UHGV virus genome: UHGV-0114740
Reading direction: 5' to 3' (one strand)
DNA from: a virus
DNA length: 35,468 nucleotides
How positions within the stretch are numbered: the stretch's first letter is position 1; the number at the start of each line of letters is the position of its first letter. Positions 26,966-35,418 of the stretch are shown piece after piece. Below the pieces are notes generated by a model. The model was not told the DNA's origin. It made no database searches and saw nothing but the letters and a program-made list of their open reading frames with translations. The translations under genes and the position numbers were made by a program.

Positions 26966-27074
26966 TTTACGGGATTCTGAAATCCCGCTTTTGCCTGTTT
27001 TGTGCGCACTTCATGTTTTATGGCGCGTTTTTTGCTCATTTACGGGATTTGTGAATCCCGTTTCTGTCTGTTTT
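26966..27074. repeat. Two ~36-bp direct repeats, each with a 7-bp-stem palindrome (CGGGATT n4 AATCCCG), upstream of parM and abutting the A stop codon; parC-like centromere or operator candidate
   Basis: R1 26966..27001 TTTACGGGATTCTGAAATCCCGCTTTTGCCTGTTTT; R2 27039..27074 TTTACGGGATTTGTGAATCCCGTTTCTGTCTGTTTT; 73 bp apart. Confidence 0.5.
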
Positions 27075-29832
27075 TGTTTCCACTGGTCAGTCCACCCCGC
27101 AGCAGGTCTGCTTTGCGGCGGGCGCGTTCAGTGGTTTCACTGATTCTCTGTTCGTGCTCTGCGTCGCGGATGGCGCGCAGCATGTCAGAAAGCACGGTAA
27201 CGGGTGTTTTCATGGTGTTCTGGTCCTGCTGAAGTGTGAATGCCAGGCGTGCGGCGGCTTCGGGGTCTGATGCCCCCAGCTGTTCCAGGTAGCTGACGAC
27301 CGGGTTATGGCGGATCTCCGTGCTGCTTACGCCGTGGTTACGGCTCAGGCGCTGCCAGAGCTGCGTGATTCGGCTGTCCGGGCGGGTATCCGGTTTGCGT
27401 ACAATTTCAAATCCCTGCGGTGCAATGATGCTGCCGTCAACGTACAGACTGCCGCCCCGTAACAGGTGCTGCATCTGCTGTTCACCAATATGCAGGCCGA
27501 GAGATTCAGCAGACTCCCGCCATTCTTTAGCGAGTAACTCGTGGTTATCAGGCAAAGGCTGTGGCTGTTTGCGGCTCTGTGTCCAGTTCTGCATTTCATC
27601 GCTGCTGTTTTTTGCCTGTTTGTCACGAAGCGAACACATCAGCGCCCGGCGTTCGTGCCGTTTCAGTGAATGCATCCATTCGTTCACTTCAACGCCGTCA
27701 GGGAGCTGCGGCCACGGTGCTGGCCGTTCTTCCGGCTGTTCTGTCCCGTTGTTGTCTGTTTCCTGTACACGGGGACAGTTATTGCCACGAGTCCAAGGGG
27801 CGGCAGGGCCGCCCTGAAGGTCAAAACCATTTTCGCTGGCGCTGTCTTTCGCTTCCGGTTTGCGTCTTACCAGCTTCCAGTTATCCGGATGCGTGCACAC
27901 ACGGGAGGATTCCCCGATGAGTGGTGACCAGATCCCGTAAATCTGTACGCTCTGTTCGCCGTAATCGTTCAGCTCATCGGCGAGGTCGTAGGCGGTGCGA
28001 ATCAGGTAGTCTTTGCGTGGAACAAGTACGCCGCCCTGTTTCTCTATGTAGGTGGCAAAACATCCGGCATCAGCGGCGGCAAGAACCGCATCCATTGCGT
28101 CATCCTTCAGCCGTTGCGGGCCTTCCGGGTTGCGTGCCATCTGGCTGGCAAGGCGGCGCAGTTCACGCCATACCTGGCGGGAGGGGATGCCAAAGAACTG
28201 GAACTGGCGGACCCGGTGAAGGCGCGCCCAGCCGATGGCGCGTTCCACGCTCTCGGCCATTGATTTTCCGGTTTCGTGGTCAACGCGTGGTTTGCCCGTT
28301 TTCGGGTCGATGCCATCCACGGCGCGGCTGTCCAGGTTTTTTCCGATGTAGGTCGCGATATAGCTGGTTGGTGTGCCTTTTGAGCCGTCTACGTACTCCG
28401 CCTTAAAGCGCGGAGTAATATCATCGCCCAGCTCGTGACGATCTTCCTGAATGGCAATATCGCGGGCGTGGGACACAATGGTGTCGATTTCTTCCGGATG
28501 GGCAAAGACCATCATATGCCAGTGCACGGTGCCGTCATGGTGAGGCTCCACCGTGCGGATGCCATACCAGCGCAGGCCGTCGCGGTTCAGTTTCTTGCGG
28601 ACCGCCGCAAAAAACGTGTTAACCAGGTAATCGCTGGAGTCGCGCATGGTGGCCCCGTTCCATTTGGGATTCGGATGACCGTTCTCTGTTGTGGCGTGGT
28701 ATTTTGACGGGCAGGTGACAGTCAGAAACACCGCTTTGTCGCCACGGGCTTCGGCCAGAAGTTCCAGCCCCTTCATGGTGGCCATCATTTCTGCCTTACG
28801 GTGAACCGGGTTACTTACTCCCGCGTAATACACTGTCTCGAGATCAATCGTGAACCCATCTTCGTTTTCCAGCATGAAACTTTTCAGGAAATCGCGTGTT
28901 TTCTCGCGCTGTGCGCGAAACTCGCTTAACGCGTCCTGGCTCAGATAGGGCGATGTCTTTCTGGAAACCAGACAGGCGGCGCGGAGTTGTTCTTCTCTCC
29001 ACTCGCAACGTAACAGCCACAGTTTGCGTTTCCACCATTCCGCACAGGTCAGGCGTAGGATTGCGCCCGGCAGCAGTTCCGTGTCCGGTTCGTTCCTCCG
29101 GTCTTTGTCTGTTGTCAGTGCGTCATAATGTGGAGGCATGGCGTGCAGGTGTAACGCCATGCGGGCCAGCATCTGATACGCCTTCAGGGTTACATCCATG
29201 GTCAGCTCGCCATCGGTCGCGCCAAAGCCATTGCAGAGTTTTTCGAAGGTGCTGCTGAACATCGCCGCCGTCATGGTGGCCAGCGTCTGTATCTGGTGCT
29301 TGTTGAGCTGCGGCAGGTAAAGCAAATCGTCCAGGCGTTCGCGTCCGGCAAGGGCGCGATAACCCCGTGTCAGCCAGCGGTGGTCGGTGCGGTCCAGACG
29401 TTCGAATATTTTGCGCAGGGTTCCGCGCGCGTAGCGTTCAGCCTGCCAGCTCTTTTTGCCTTTCTGGCGATCGGCTTCCTGTTTTTTGCGCAGGAAGGAG
29501 AGGTGGCGAATAAGCGGATCGCGCAGATAGGACGGCAGCAGGCGCAGCGAGGCCATGGCTTCATCCACCGCGCCGCGTGCCTGTTTTCTGGCGTCTCCTG
29601 CCAGTGTGATGGTTTTGTCCTGTTTTTCCTGTGCGTCCAGGCTTTTATTAATCAGGTTGCCCAGCGGCGTGGCGGAGAACGCCGCATCAGCCATTTCCTG
29701 GCGGCGCTCGTTCTCTGCCCGGTAAGCATCCAGCCAGGAGGAAAGCGCGGATTCAGGAGCGGGGATCCCCGTTCCTTCACGCCCCACTGCGTGGCGCGGT
29801 TGTTGCCAGTCCCTGATGTACTCTGCCGTCAT
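27040..29832 (-). CDS. A: Replication initiation protein A (rolling-circle HUH endonuclease)
   Basis: 930 aa; contains HWHMMVF (HUH-like) and SYIATYIGK (paired catalytic Tyr) as in P2 gpA; appears longer than I remember P2 A to be. Confidence 0.85.
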   Translation of the reverse strand: MTAEYIRDWQQPRHAVGREGTGIPAPESALSSWLDAYRAENERRQEMADAAFSATPLGNLINKSLDAQEKQDKTITLAGDARKQARGAVDEAMASLRLLPSYLRDPLIRHLSFLRKKQEADRQKGKKSWQAERYARGTLRKIFERLDRTDHRWLTRGYRALAGRERLDDLLYLPQLNKHQIQTLATMTAAMFSSTFEKLCNGFGATDGELTMDVTLKAYQMLARMALHLHAMPPHYDALTTDKDRRNEPDTELLPGAILRLTCAEWWKRKLWLLRCEWREEQLRAACLVSRKTSPYLSQDALSEFRAQREKTRDFLKSFMLENEDGFTIDLETVYYAGVSNPVHRKAEMMATMKGLELLAEARGDKAVFLTVTCPSKYHATTENGHPNPKWNGATMRDSSDYLVNTFFAAVRKKLNRDGLRWYGIRTVEPHHDGTVHWHMMVFAHPEEIDTIVSHARDIAIQEDRHELGDDITPRFKAEYVDGSKGTPTSYIATYIGKNLDSRAVDGIDPKTGKPRVDHETGKSMAESVERAIGWARLHRVRQFQFFGIPSRQVWRELRRLASQMARNPEGPQRLKDDAMDAVLAAADAGCFATYIEKQGGVLVPRKDYLIRTAYDLADELNDYGEQSVQIYGIWSPLIGESSRVCTHPDNWKLVRRKPEAKDSASENGFDLQGGPAAPWTRGNNCPRVQETDNNGTEQPEERPAPWPQLPDGVEVNEWMHSLKRHERRALMCSLRDKQAKNSSDEMQNWTQSRKQPQPLPDNHELLAKEWRESAESLGLHIGEQQMQHLLRGGSLYVDGSIIAPQGFEIVRKPDTRPDSRITQLWQRLSRNHGVSSTEIRHNPVVSYLEQLGASDPEAAARLAFTLQQDQNTMKTPVTVLSDMLRAIRDAEHEQRISETTERARRKADLLRGGLTSGNKNRQKRDSQIP

Positions 29833-29838
29833 AGTGAT

Positions 29839-30204
29839 TTACTTCGTCATGCCATTCAGGGTGTCGCGGCAGACTGTAGCCAGCCGCTGAATTTCCAGCA
29901 CGGTGTCTTCTGTGTCGGCATGGCGATGTGTGATGCGGATGCTGTCGGCAATCACATCGACGATTGCAGAGGATGGGCGCTGGTAAATGCCAATAACGGA
30001 CGGGGTGCCACCTTCAATGCGGTAAAGCCTGTAATTTCCCTCGTGGCTGTCAATCATGTAGCGACCATCAATAACAATCTTTCCGTCAGCGAGCTGCGGT
30101 ACAGGCAGGGATTTCTGGTACATGTCATAACGATCACGCACGCGAGCGGCAAGATCACGTTCTGTGTTGAGCAGGTATTCAAGAAAGTCGTTGGCGAGAA
30201 TCAT
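29839..30204 (-). CDS. Hypothetical early protein (121 aa)
   Basis: ORF immediately upstream of A in the same operon; no recognisable motif. Confidence 0.5.
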   Translation of the reverse strand: MILANDFLEYLLNTERDLAARVRDRYDMYQKSLPVPQLADGKIVIDGRYMIDSHEGNYRLYRIEGGTPSVIGIYQRPSSAIVDVIADSIRITHRHADTEDTVLEIQRLATVCRDTLNGMTK

Positions 30205-30276
30205 TGCGGCAATCCTCTTGTTACAGATGTGCGAAGGCCTCCCGCCGCAAGGTGCAGGAAAGGCCCGGAACAGGAA

Positions 30277-30507
30277 TTAATGGAGTTTGTTTTGCTGCTG
30301 GATGAGCTGTTGAAGCTCGTGCAGATCATCCGCCAGATAGCTGAAAACAGAGGCGGAATAAATGTTTGATAGTGCGTGACTGCGCTCATGCAGCATATTG
30401 ATGTGCATGATTTGCGCGACGCGTGATGCGCGGGAAAGTCTGCGGTTGATTTCAGTCTGGATGTGACGACGCTCCGCGATAGCGCGGTGCTGTTTGCGGT
30501 CTGCCAT
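30277..30507 (-). CDS. Hypothetical small basic protein (76 aa)
   Basis: ATG with SD AAGAGG; basic helical composition; overlaps a longer low-complexity track ORF that I reject. Confidence 0.45.
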   Translation of the reverse strand: MADRKQHRAIAERRHIQTEINRRLSRASRVAQIMHINMLHERSHALSNIYSASVFSYLADDLHELQQLIQQQNKLH

Positions 30508-30829
30508 GGTGTGGCCTCTTTGCTCGGTGATAGAAATAACTCACCATCCAGAGTTGAGAATCTCGGGGTGGCGAGACGTACAGGGTTCTCAACACCGGAG
30601 AGCAAAGAATCCGGCCCGACCGAAGTCGGCCCCGTACGCCCCGCCATAATTCTGACGCGAAAAAGACGTGGCAATACAGTACGCACAAAAAAACCGCTTG
30701 CGCGGTTATGCGCTTTGCTCTGTATCGGGTTGAGAATCCCGGCACCCGTTTTATGAGGTGCAGCGGAAATGTAACCTGACCGATTGAGGCATGGCAAGCG
30801 GTTTTTTTGTGTGTGCATGTTCTGGTTTC

Positions 30830-31129
30830 TTACTGGTTCAGAAAAAAATCAAAAACGTTATCGATGCGTTGCAGCAGCTCTTGCTGCATTGCTTCCGGCG
30901 TTTCCGGTTCGCCAGGTGCCCCCAGCGTTGCGCAGAAATCAGCGATTTCATGATGGAGCGTCAGGCGAATGGCAGGAGCCGTGGTTCTGGCGTGCTCCAG
31001 CTCATCCAGCAGTGCCAGCACAGCAGACGGCGAGAGCATTGCGCGAAATGCCAGTAATTTTTGAGGCGTTGCCATTCGTTGCAGGGCAAATGCCAGTTCG
31101 CGTAGCTTCTGGTGGTTGATGGTGCTCAT
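30830..31129 (-). CDS. Hypothetical early protein (99 aa)
   Basis: ORF with ATGA overlap to the upstream gene; no recognised family. Confidence 0.5.
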   Translation of the reverse strand: MSTINHQKLRELAFALQRMATPQKLLAFRAMLSPSAVLALLDELEHARTTAPAIRLTLHHEIADFCATLGAPGEPETPEAMQQELLQRIDNVFDFFLNQ

Positions 31130-31392
31130 GCTCTGGCTTCCTTTAGTAGCTGGTTAAACATGTGAGTAAGTGGATTGCTACACCCGAACGGCATCGGGTT
31201 TACGTGGTAAGAAGCCTGGCCTCCAGTTTTGCGAGCGCGACCACCTGTGCTGCGGTTTGTTCTGATGACTAAGCCGCCGCGCCAAAGTTGGCGTAACTCA
31301 GCATTAATGGCTGTGGTTGGAGTATTCAGTGCTGCGGCGATTTCTCCGCCGCTACAACCCGGATGGGTAGCGATGTAGTCCAGAATGGTCAT
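31126..31392 (-). CDS. Hypothetical protein, possible winged-helix DNA-binding (88 aa)
   Basis: MTILDYIATHPGCSGGEIAAALNTPTTAINAELRQLWRGGLVIR looks like a wHTH; overlapping starts/stops with neighbours. Confidence 0.5.
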   Translation of the reverse strand: MTILDYIATHPGCSGGEIAAALNTPTTAINAELRQLWRGGLVIRTNRSTGGRARKTGGQASYHVNPMPFGCSNPLTHMFNQLLKEARA

Positions 31393-31592
31393 CTGCGTGG
31401 CTCCTGTACCTGTCGGATAAGATTCACCCGCGCCACGTTGGTGGCGCAGAAATAAGTGCCGTCAGTGAGGTAGATGTGGTGTGCATCCTTTTCCGAACGA
31501 TGTTTGTCGATAGTGGTAATCAGGCGTTCGTCGACCTCGTATTCGCGCCCTCTGGAGGTAAAGCGAACGACGGGAAAATGCTTAATTGCCAT
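31389..31592 (-). CDS. Hypothetical early protein (67 aa)
   Basis: ORF in operon context with SD; unknown function. Confidence 0.5.
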   Translation of the reverse strand: MAIKHFPVVRFTSRGREYEVDERLITTIDKHRSEKDAHHIYLTDGTYFCATNVARVNLIRQVQEPRR

Positions 31593-31615
31593 TGCGCCCC
31601 CTTTGTCCAGTAACC

Positions 31616-32032
31616 CTATGCGTTAAATACGGCACGTTGCGCGTCATCAATGAATACAGCTTGAGAGCGTTCTATCAGGCGGAGATTTGTCAGAAGCTCT
31701 GACTCTTTTGTGTGGTAAGGCGTTATCAGGTATTTGCCGTGCAGTTCGGCAATAATGGTGTATTGCAGCATCATTGCTGAACCAAGAATATAAATGCAGC
31801 GTCCAATGCTGGACGGATTCATGGCTGCAACTGTTGACTGTGTTTTAAGAGTGTCGATTTCTTTGCCCTGTTCCTCAATAACTTTGGCTGCTTCAGAGGT
31901 GGCTATTGCGATGGTCAGTGCGTAAAGCGCTGCCATATGTTGATTATCTTTCTGGGCTGCCCTGGACAGCTTGTCTTGCTCTGCTGACACTATTTTTAAT
32001 GTATTGATAATATTTTTTTCTTTTGCGTTCAT
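31616..32032 (-). CDS. Hypothetical early protein (138 aa)
   Basis: ATG with SD GGAG; unknown function. Confidence 0.5.
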   Translation of the reverse strand: MNAKEKNIINTLKIVSAEQDKLSRAAQKDNQHMAALYALTIAIATSEAAKVIEEQGKEIDTLKTQSTVAAMNPSSIGRCIYILGSAMMLQYTIIAELHGKYLITPYHTKESELLTNLRLIERSQAVFIDDAQRAVFNA

Positions 32033-32124
32033 TTTATATCTCCGTTATTTACGTGTGCGAATACCTCCGCGAATGCGGATAGTTTTCAGGTTTTCGGGTT
32101 TAATCTGGTGTTTTGTTTAATCTG

Positions 32125-32238
32125 TTATTTGTCAGTGAAAAAGCGTTCAATCTTTTTTACTGAATGAATAATTCGCATAATCCCAATGGCGCAGGCCACC
32201 GAAATAATCAGAACAAGCCATGAGATAAATATACTCAT
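32125..32238 (-). CDS. Small hydrophobic peptide (37 aa, MSIFISWLVLIISVACAIGIMRIIHSVKKIERFFTDK)
   Basis: Own translation; ATGA overlap with the stop of the upstream 80-aa gene; single predicted TM helix; below track cutoff. Confidence 0.4.
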   Translation of the reverse strand: MSIFISWLVLIISVACAIGIMRIIHSVKKIERFFTDK

Positions 32239-32477
32239 GCGATATTCCCCAGCTTATACGGTTCAATGTGTTCCCCGCATTCTGCGGCACAGATCAGCTC
32301 GGAAAGTTCGTTAAGTGCATCCAGATCATCAGCGTAAAAAGCAACGTCATACAAACTCCGGATTGCCCTGGTCAATGAGTCACGGGCTGCACGTTCAGCA
32401 TGAGCGCCTGATGCACTTAAGCGAAAATAAAATCGTTCAAGTGCTTTGTTAATGAGAGTTTTATATTCTTTGCCCAT
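32235..32477 (-). CDS. Hypothetical early protein (80 aa)
   Basis: ORF in early operon; unknown function. Confidence 0.5.
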   Translation of the reverse strand: MGKEYKTLINKALERFYFRLSASGAHAERAARDSLTRAIRSLYDVAFYADDLDALNELSELICAAECGEHIEPYKLGNIA

Positions 32478-32488
32478 CGCAACGCCCT

Positions 32489-32776
32489 TTAATCTGCTTT
32501 CTGAATTTCAGCTTCTGAATCCATACAAATAATTTCGATATAGGCTTCATCGCCATTAACCTGACGTGCCTTTTCAGCTTCGCTAATGATTTCTCGTACG
32601 GTCTGGTACGGAAGTTCCACAAGCAGTCGCGTGCCGTTCAGATAAACGTAAGTGGCTTCGTCGGCTCCGTTTTTACCCGCCGGAGTCACTCCGTCAATAG
32701 CGGATGCACGTAATAACAGTTCACCGCGAAAATCAATAAAACGGATAAATACACCTTGTGCATGGTCTTTGGTCAT
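32489..32776 (-). CDS. Hypothetical early protein (95 aa from internal start)
   Basis: Start chosen at Met 39 of the track ORF (SD AGGTG) to avoid overlap with the upstream gene. Confidence 0.45.
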   Translation of the reverse strand: MTKDHAQGVFIRFIDFRGELLLRASAIDGVTPAGKNGADEATYVYLNGTRLLVELPYQTVREIISEAEKARQVNGDEAYIEIICMDSEAEIQKAD

Positions 32777-32786
32777 AAAGCACCTG

Positions 32787-33128
32787 TTATAAATCAGCCT
32801 GTTTAATAAAACTTTGCCCGCGAAGCAGACGATCAACCGTGCGAAGTGCTTCGTATAATGTGAAATCCTGCCCGAACTGATTGTCGCCACTGCTTAGAGC
32901 AAAAATGCGGTTTCCGGTAAACGGATTGCGTGGGCATTTGTGGATCACGATTCCAGCTTTCTCAATCAGCCAGGTGTGCTCGCCGATTTGTTTTACTGGG
33001 TAGCCATCCGGCGTTGCGTGTGTATCACTCAGGCTGTAGCGGATGTTGCTGCGTGATGCACTGGTAGCAAAACGGTTAGCGTGGCGTTCTGCACCATTGC
33101 GAAAGCGTGAATTACGTTGCTGTTTCAT
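32787..33128 (-). CDS. Hypothetical early protein (113 aa)
   Basis: ORF in early operon; occupies roughly the position of P2 B but no similarity recognised. Confidence 0.45.
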   Translation of the reverse strand: MKQQRNSRFRNGAERHANRFATSASRSNIRYSLSDTHATPDGYPVKQIGEHTWLIEKAGIVIHKCPRNPFTGNRIFALSSGDNQFGQDFTLYEALRTVDRLLRGQSFIKQADL

Positions 33129-33129
33129 G

Positions 33130-33237
33130 TTAAAGACTCTGTACAGATTTAATTATTCCGGCATAGAGGCCGAACTCAAAATATTTGCGATTAAATCGCA
33201 TCGCATTGTTTTCACGTTTTGCGGACTGCTGGTTCAT
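33130..33237 (-). CDS. Small basic peptide (35 aa, MNQQSAKRENNAMRFNRKYFEFGLYAGIIKSVQSL)
   Basis: Own translation; strong SD GGAGG; stop 1 nt before the next gene's ATG; below track cutoff. Confidence 0.4.
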   Translation of the reverse strand: MNQQSAKRENNAMRFNRKYFEFGLYAGIIKSVQSL

Positions 33238-33440
33238 TTTCGTTTGCCTCCGCACATGAGAATTGCGCCGCTTAAGAGGTAACCGAAGTTAATTGATAGT
33301 ATTACAATTAACATAAGGTCCAATTTGTCCATGCCACACATAATTACCCTCATTGCAGTAGTTGTGGGTTGTCAGGTTTCTCACCCGATAAACCAGATAA
33401 CAAACGCTATAAACATCGCCCCAATAGCTGCCGGGAAAAG

Positions 33441-33587
33441 TCATTTGGTATAAGCGGCGATATATTCAATGCTGAGTTCAATAAAGCGTTCTTCATGTCC
33501 CGTTAACTTGCGAAACAAATAGATCTCTATTACGCCTATCTCAATAAAAATAAGGGTCAGAATGGCGCTGATGATATGGCTGGTCAT
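33441..33587 (-). CDS. Possible small membrane peptide (48 aa, MTSHIISAILTLIFIEIGVIEIYLFRKL...)
   Basis: Own translation; starts 7 nt after the cox stop, no clear SD; hydrophobic N-terminus. Confidence 0.25.
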   Translation of the reverse strand: MTSHIISAILTLIFIEIGVIEIYLFRKLTGHEERFIELSIEYIAAYTK

Positions 33588-33593
33588 TTATGA

Positions 33594-33881
33594 CTAAAGT
33601 CCCAGCCACAACAACCATGCATCGCGGCGTTCTTTCGGCTGATCAAAAAACGCTTTGCGCATACCTGCGTTAAATGCTGGCAAATATACCCAGTTTTCTG
33701 ATGCTCGCGTCTTCACTGAACCTGGTTTCACAAAGTCAATCGTTGGTAACTTTGCAGCGTCAATCATGGTTCTGACGGTTGATTCTTTGCGACCAATCAT
33801 CTTGGCAAATAGTTGATATGGCACCGCTTCAAGTGGATATGGTGCTACCTGAATGAACCCCTCAAGCTCTGATTCGCTCAT
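33594..33881 (-). CDS. cox: Cox-like excisionase / lytic-switch regulator
   Basis: VPYQLFAKMIGRKESTVRTMID..KLP.ID....ENWVYLPAFNAG....RDAWLLWLGL parallels P2 Cox (IPYQEFAKLIGKSTGAVRRMID..EYWVYLPAWNNG...RDGWLMWLGL). Confidence 0.85.
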   Translation of the reverse strand: MSESELEGFIQVAPYPLEAVPYQLFAKMIGRKESTVRTMIDAAKLPTIDFVKPGSVKTRASENWVYLPAFNAGMRKAFFDQPKERRDAWLLWLGL

Positions 33882-33919
33882 TGTGGTAATCTCCTTAATT
33901 CGTCCAAATGGCCCAAAAT

Positions 33920-33947
33920 GGCTTATATAGGCTTATTTTGGCTATTT
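33920..33947. promoter_or_regulatory. Three 10-bp-phased direct repeats GGCT(T)AT in the cox/C divergent switch region (candidate operator)
   Basis: GGCTTATATAGGCTTATTTTGGCTATT seen between cox and C; P2 C repressor is known to bind direct repeats in this region. Confidence 0.45.
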
Positions 33948-33996
33948 GAATGTTTTGTATTACATGTAACCCAATAGCGTGGAGTTTAGATCACAT

Positions 33997-34317
33997 ATGA
34001 TCCATAAATCAAGCCTTGGAGAAAAACTTCGCCTGATTCGAGAGGCAGAGGGATTGTCACGTAGAGAGATGGAAGAGGTGACAGGGGTATCTCAAAACAA
34101 TCTCAAAAATTATGAAATATTGGGAAGAATGATACCTGGAGAAACGTTACTCCTGATTTTGAATCATCCTCGTTTTCGGAAGTATTCGGATTGGGTGATG
34201 TTTAATCAAACTAATGCTGCGACGGGGCAGATTGCTCCGCCTCTCTCTCTTGATGGTTTCTTCGATTCGGAGGGCGATCAGGTTTCAACCGAAACAAACC
34301 CAAAATCACCCCGCTAA
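33997..34317 (+). CDS. C: Immunity repressor C
   Basis: HTH-like N-terminus (KLRLIREAEGLSRREMEEVTGVSQNNLKNYE) and C-terminal ...QTNAATGQIAPPLS resembling P2 C (...QIAPESGQIAPAL); divergent from cox, upstream of int. Confidence 0.8.
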   Translation: MIHKSSLGEKLRLIREAEGLSRREMEEVTGVSQNNLKNYEILGRMIPGETLLLILNHPRFRKYSDWVMFNQTNAATGQIAPPLSLDGFFDSEGDQVSTETNPKSPR

Positions 34318-34398
34318 GGCCAGAAAACTGGTTAGACCTGCTCTTTTTCTGGTCTGATTATTGCTGGAAAGAGGCTGGAGAAATTGTAGAGCGGTTCA

Positions 34399-35418
34399 TT
34401 GGAGGGCTTCGCAATGTCAATTAAGAAGCTCGAAGATGGTCGTTATTTGCTGGACATCAGGCCGAACGGACGCAAGGGAAAGCGCGTGCGTAAGGTATTT
34501 GACAAAAAATCGGTAGCGGTGGCCACTGAACGCTACATCATGGCGAACGCTGAAAAGCGGGAATATATACAGGGCTACCGTGATCGCCGAACGCTAAATG
34601 ATTTGCTTGAGTTGTGGTGGATGTATCACGGTCAACACAGGCGTAAGGCGGAAGAAGACCGAAAACAACTGCGCAACATAATCAGTGAGCTTGGCGCTGA
34701 TATGCAGGCTGTGGATCTTGATAAGCTGAAAATTATCGCGTGGCGTTCTCAAAAGATAGCTGCTGGATTGAAACCGTCATCTGCTAACAGGTACATGAAC
34801 CGACTATCCGGCATGTTTACTGTTCTGAAAAGAATAGGCCTTTGGGATGCAGAACATCCGGTAAGGGGGATCTCCATTCTTTATGTATCCCCGCGAGAAA
34901 TGGCTTTCCTGTCCCAGAAGGAAGTAGCGCTATTGCTCGATACACTGGAGGGCGACTACTGGCGTGTTGCGCTTTTGTGTTTAAGCACAGGGGCGCGCTG
35001 GAGTGAAGCTTGTAAGCTTCGTGGTGAACAGATAGTTCATAACCGTGTAACGTTTCTTGAAACCAAAAATGGCCGGAAGAGAACAGTGCCAATTTCGCAG
35101 GCAGTTTGTGAGGCGATCAAAACCAGAGAAACAGGCAGCTTGTTTGAGGTGAAGTACCGGGAATTCTGCCTGGCGCTGAAAAGAGTTAAGCCCGATTTAC
35201 CAAAAGGCCAGGCTGCACATGTGCTGCGGCATACGTTCGCCAGCCATTTTGTGATGAACGGAGGAAACATTATTGCGCTTCAGAAGATTCTTGGTCACGC
35301 AACCATTCAGCAAACAATGGCATATGCACATTTTGCACCGGATTACCTGCAGGATGCGGTGGCCCTTAATCCGCTGAAAGGTGGCGTGAGTGTCCACGCA
35401 GTGTCCACGGGGGATTAA
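34399..35418 (+). CDS. int: Tyrosine integrase (P2 Int family)
   Basis: IKKLEDGRYLLDIRPNGRKGKRVRKVFDKK, ILCLSTGARWSEA, HNRVTFLETKNGRKRTVPIS, HVLRHTFASHF, ILGHATIQQTMAYAHFAPDYLQDA closely parallel P2 Int. True start possibly MSIKK at 34414. Confidence 0.9.
   Translation: MEGFAMSIKKLEDGRYLLDIRPNGRKGKRVRKVFDKKSVAVATERYIMANAEKREYIQGYRDRRTLNDLLELWWMYHGQHRRKAEEDRKQLRNIISELGADMQAVDLDKLKIIAWRSQKIAAGLKPSSANRYMNRLSGMFTVLKRIGLWDAEHPVRGISILYVSPREMAFLSQKEVALLLDTLEGDYWRVALLCLSTGARWSEACKLRGEQIVHNRVTFLETKNGRKRTVPISQAVCEAIKTRETGSLFEVKYREFCLALKRVKPDLPKGQAAHVLRHTFASHFVMNGGNIIALQKILGHATIQQTMAYAHFAPDYLQDAVALNPLKGGVSVHAVSTGD

Larger units (their letters stand above)
381..35418. mobile_element. Near-complete P2-like temperate prophage (ogr/D side at left, cox/C/int at right)
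   Basis: Ordered set of ORFs whose translations resemble P2 Ogr, D, FI, FII, E, T, U, H, I, J, W, V, R, X, L, M, N, O, P, Q, A, Cox, C and Int. Boundaries and att cores not determinable from this window. Confidence 0.85.

Noticed and set aside
29296-30369. 357-aa plus-strand ORF overlapping the 5' part of A and the 121-aa early gene
   Set aside because: Antisense to two co-oriented genes, one of them the homology-supported A gene; likely a chance open frame.
30201-30818. 205-aa and 97-aa minus-strand ORFs across the structured intergenic region
   Set aside because: Translations are low-complexity (Ser/Arg/Pro runs), span obvious hairpins and repeats, and lack start-site signals; the region is more likely non-coding, with only the 76-aa ORF 30277..30507 retained.
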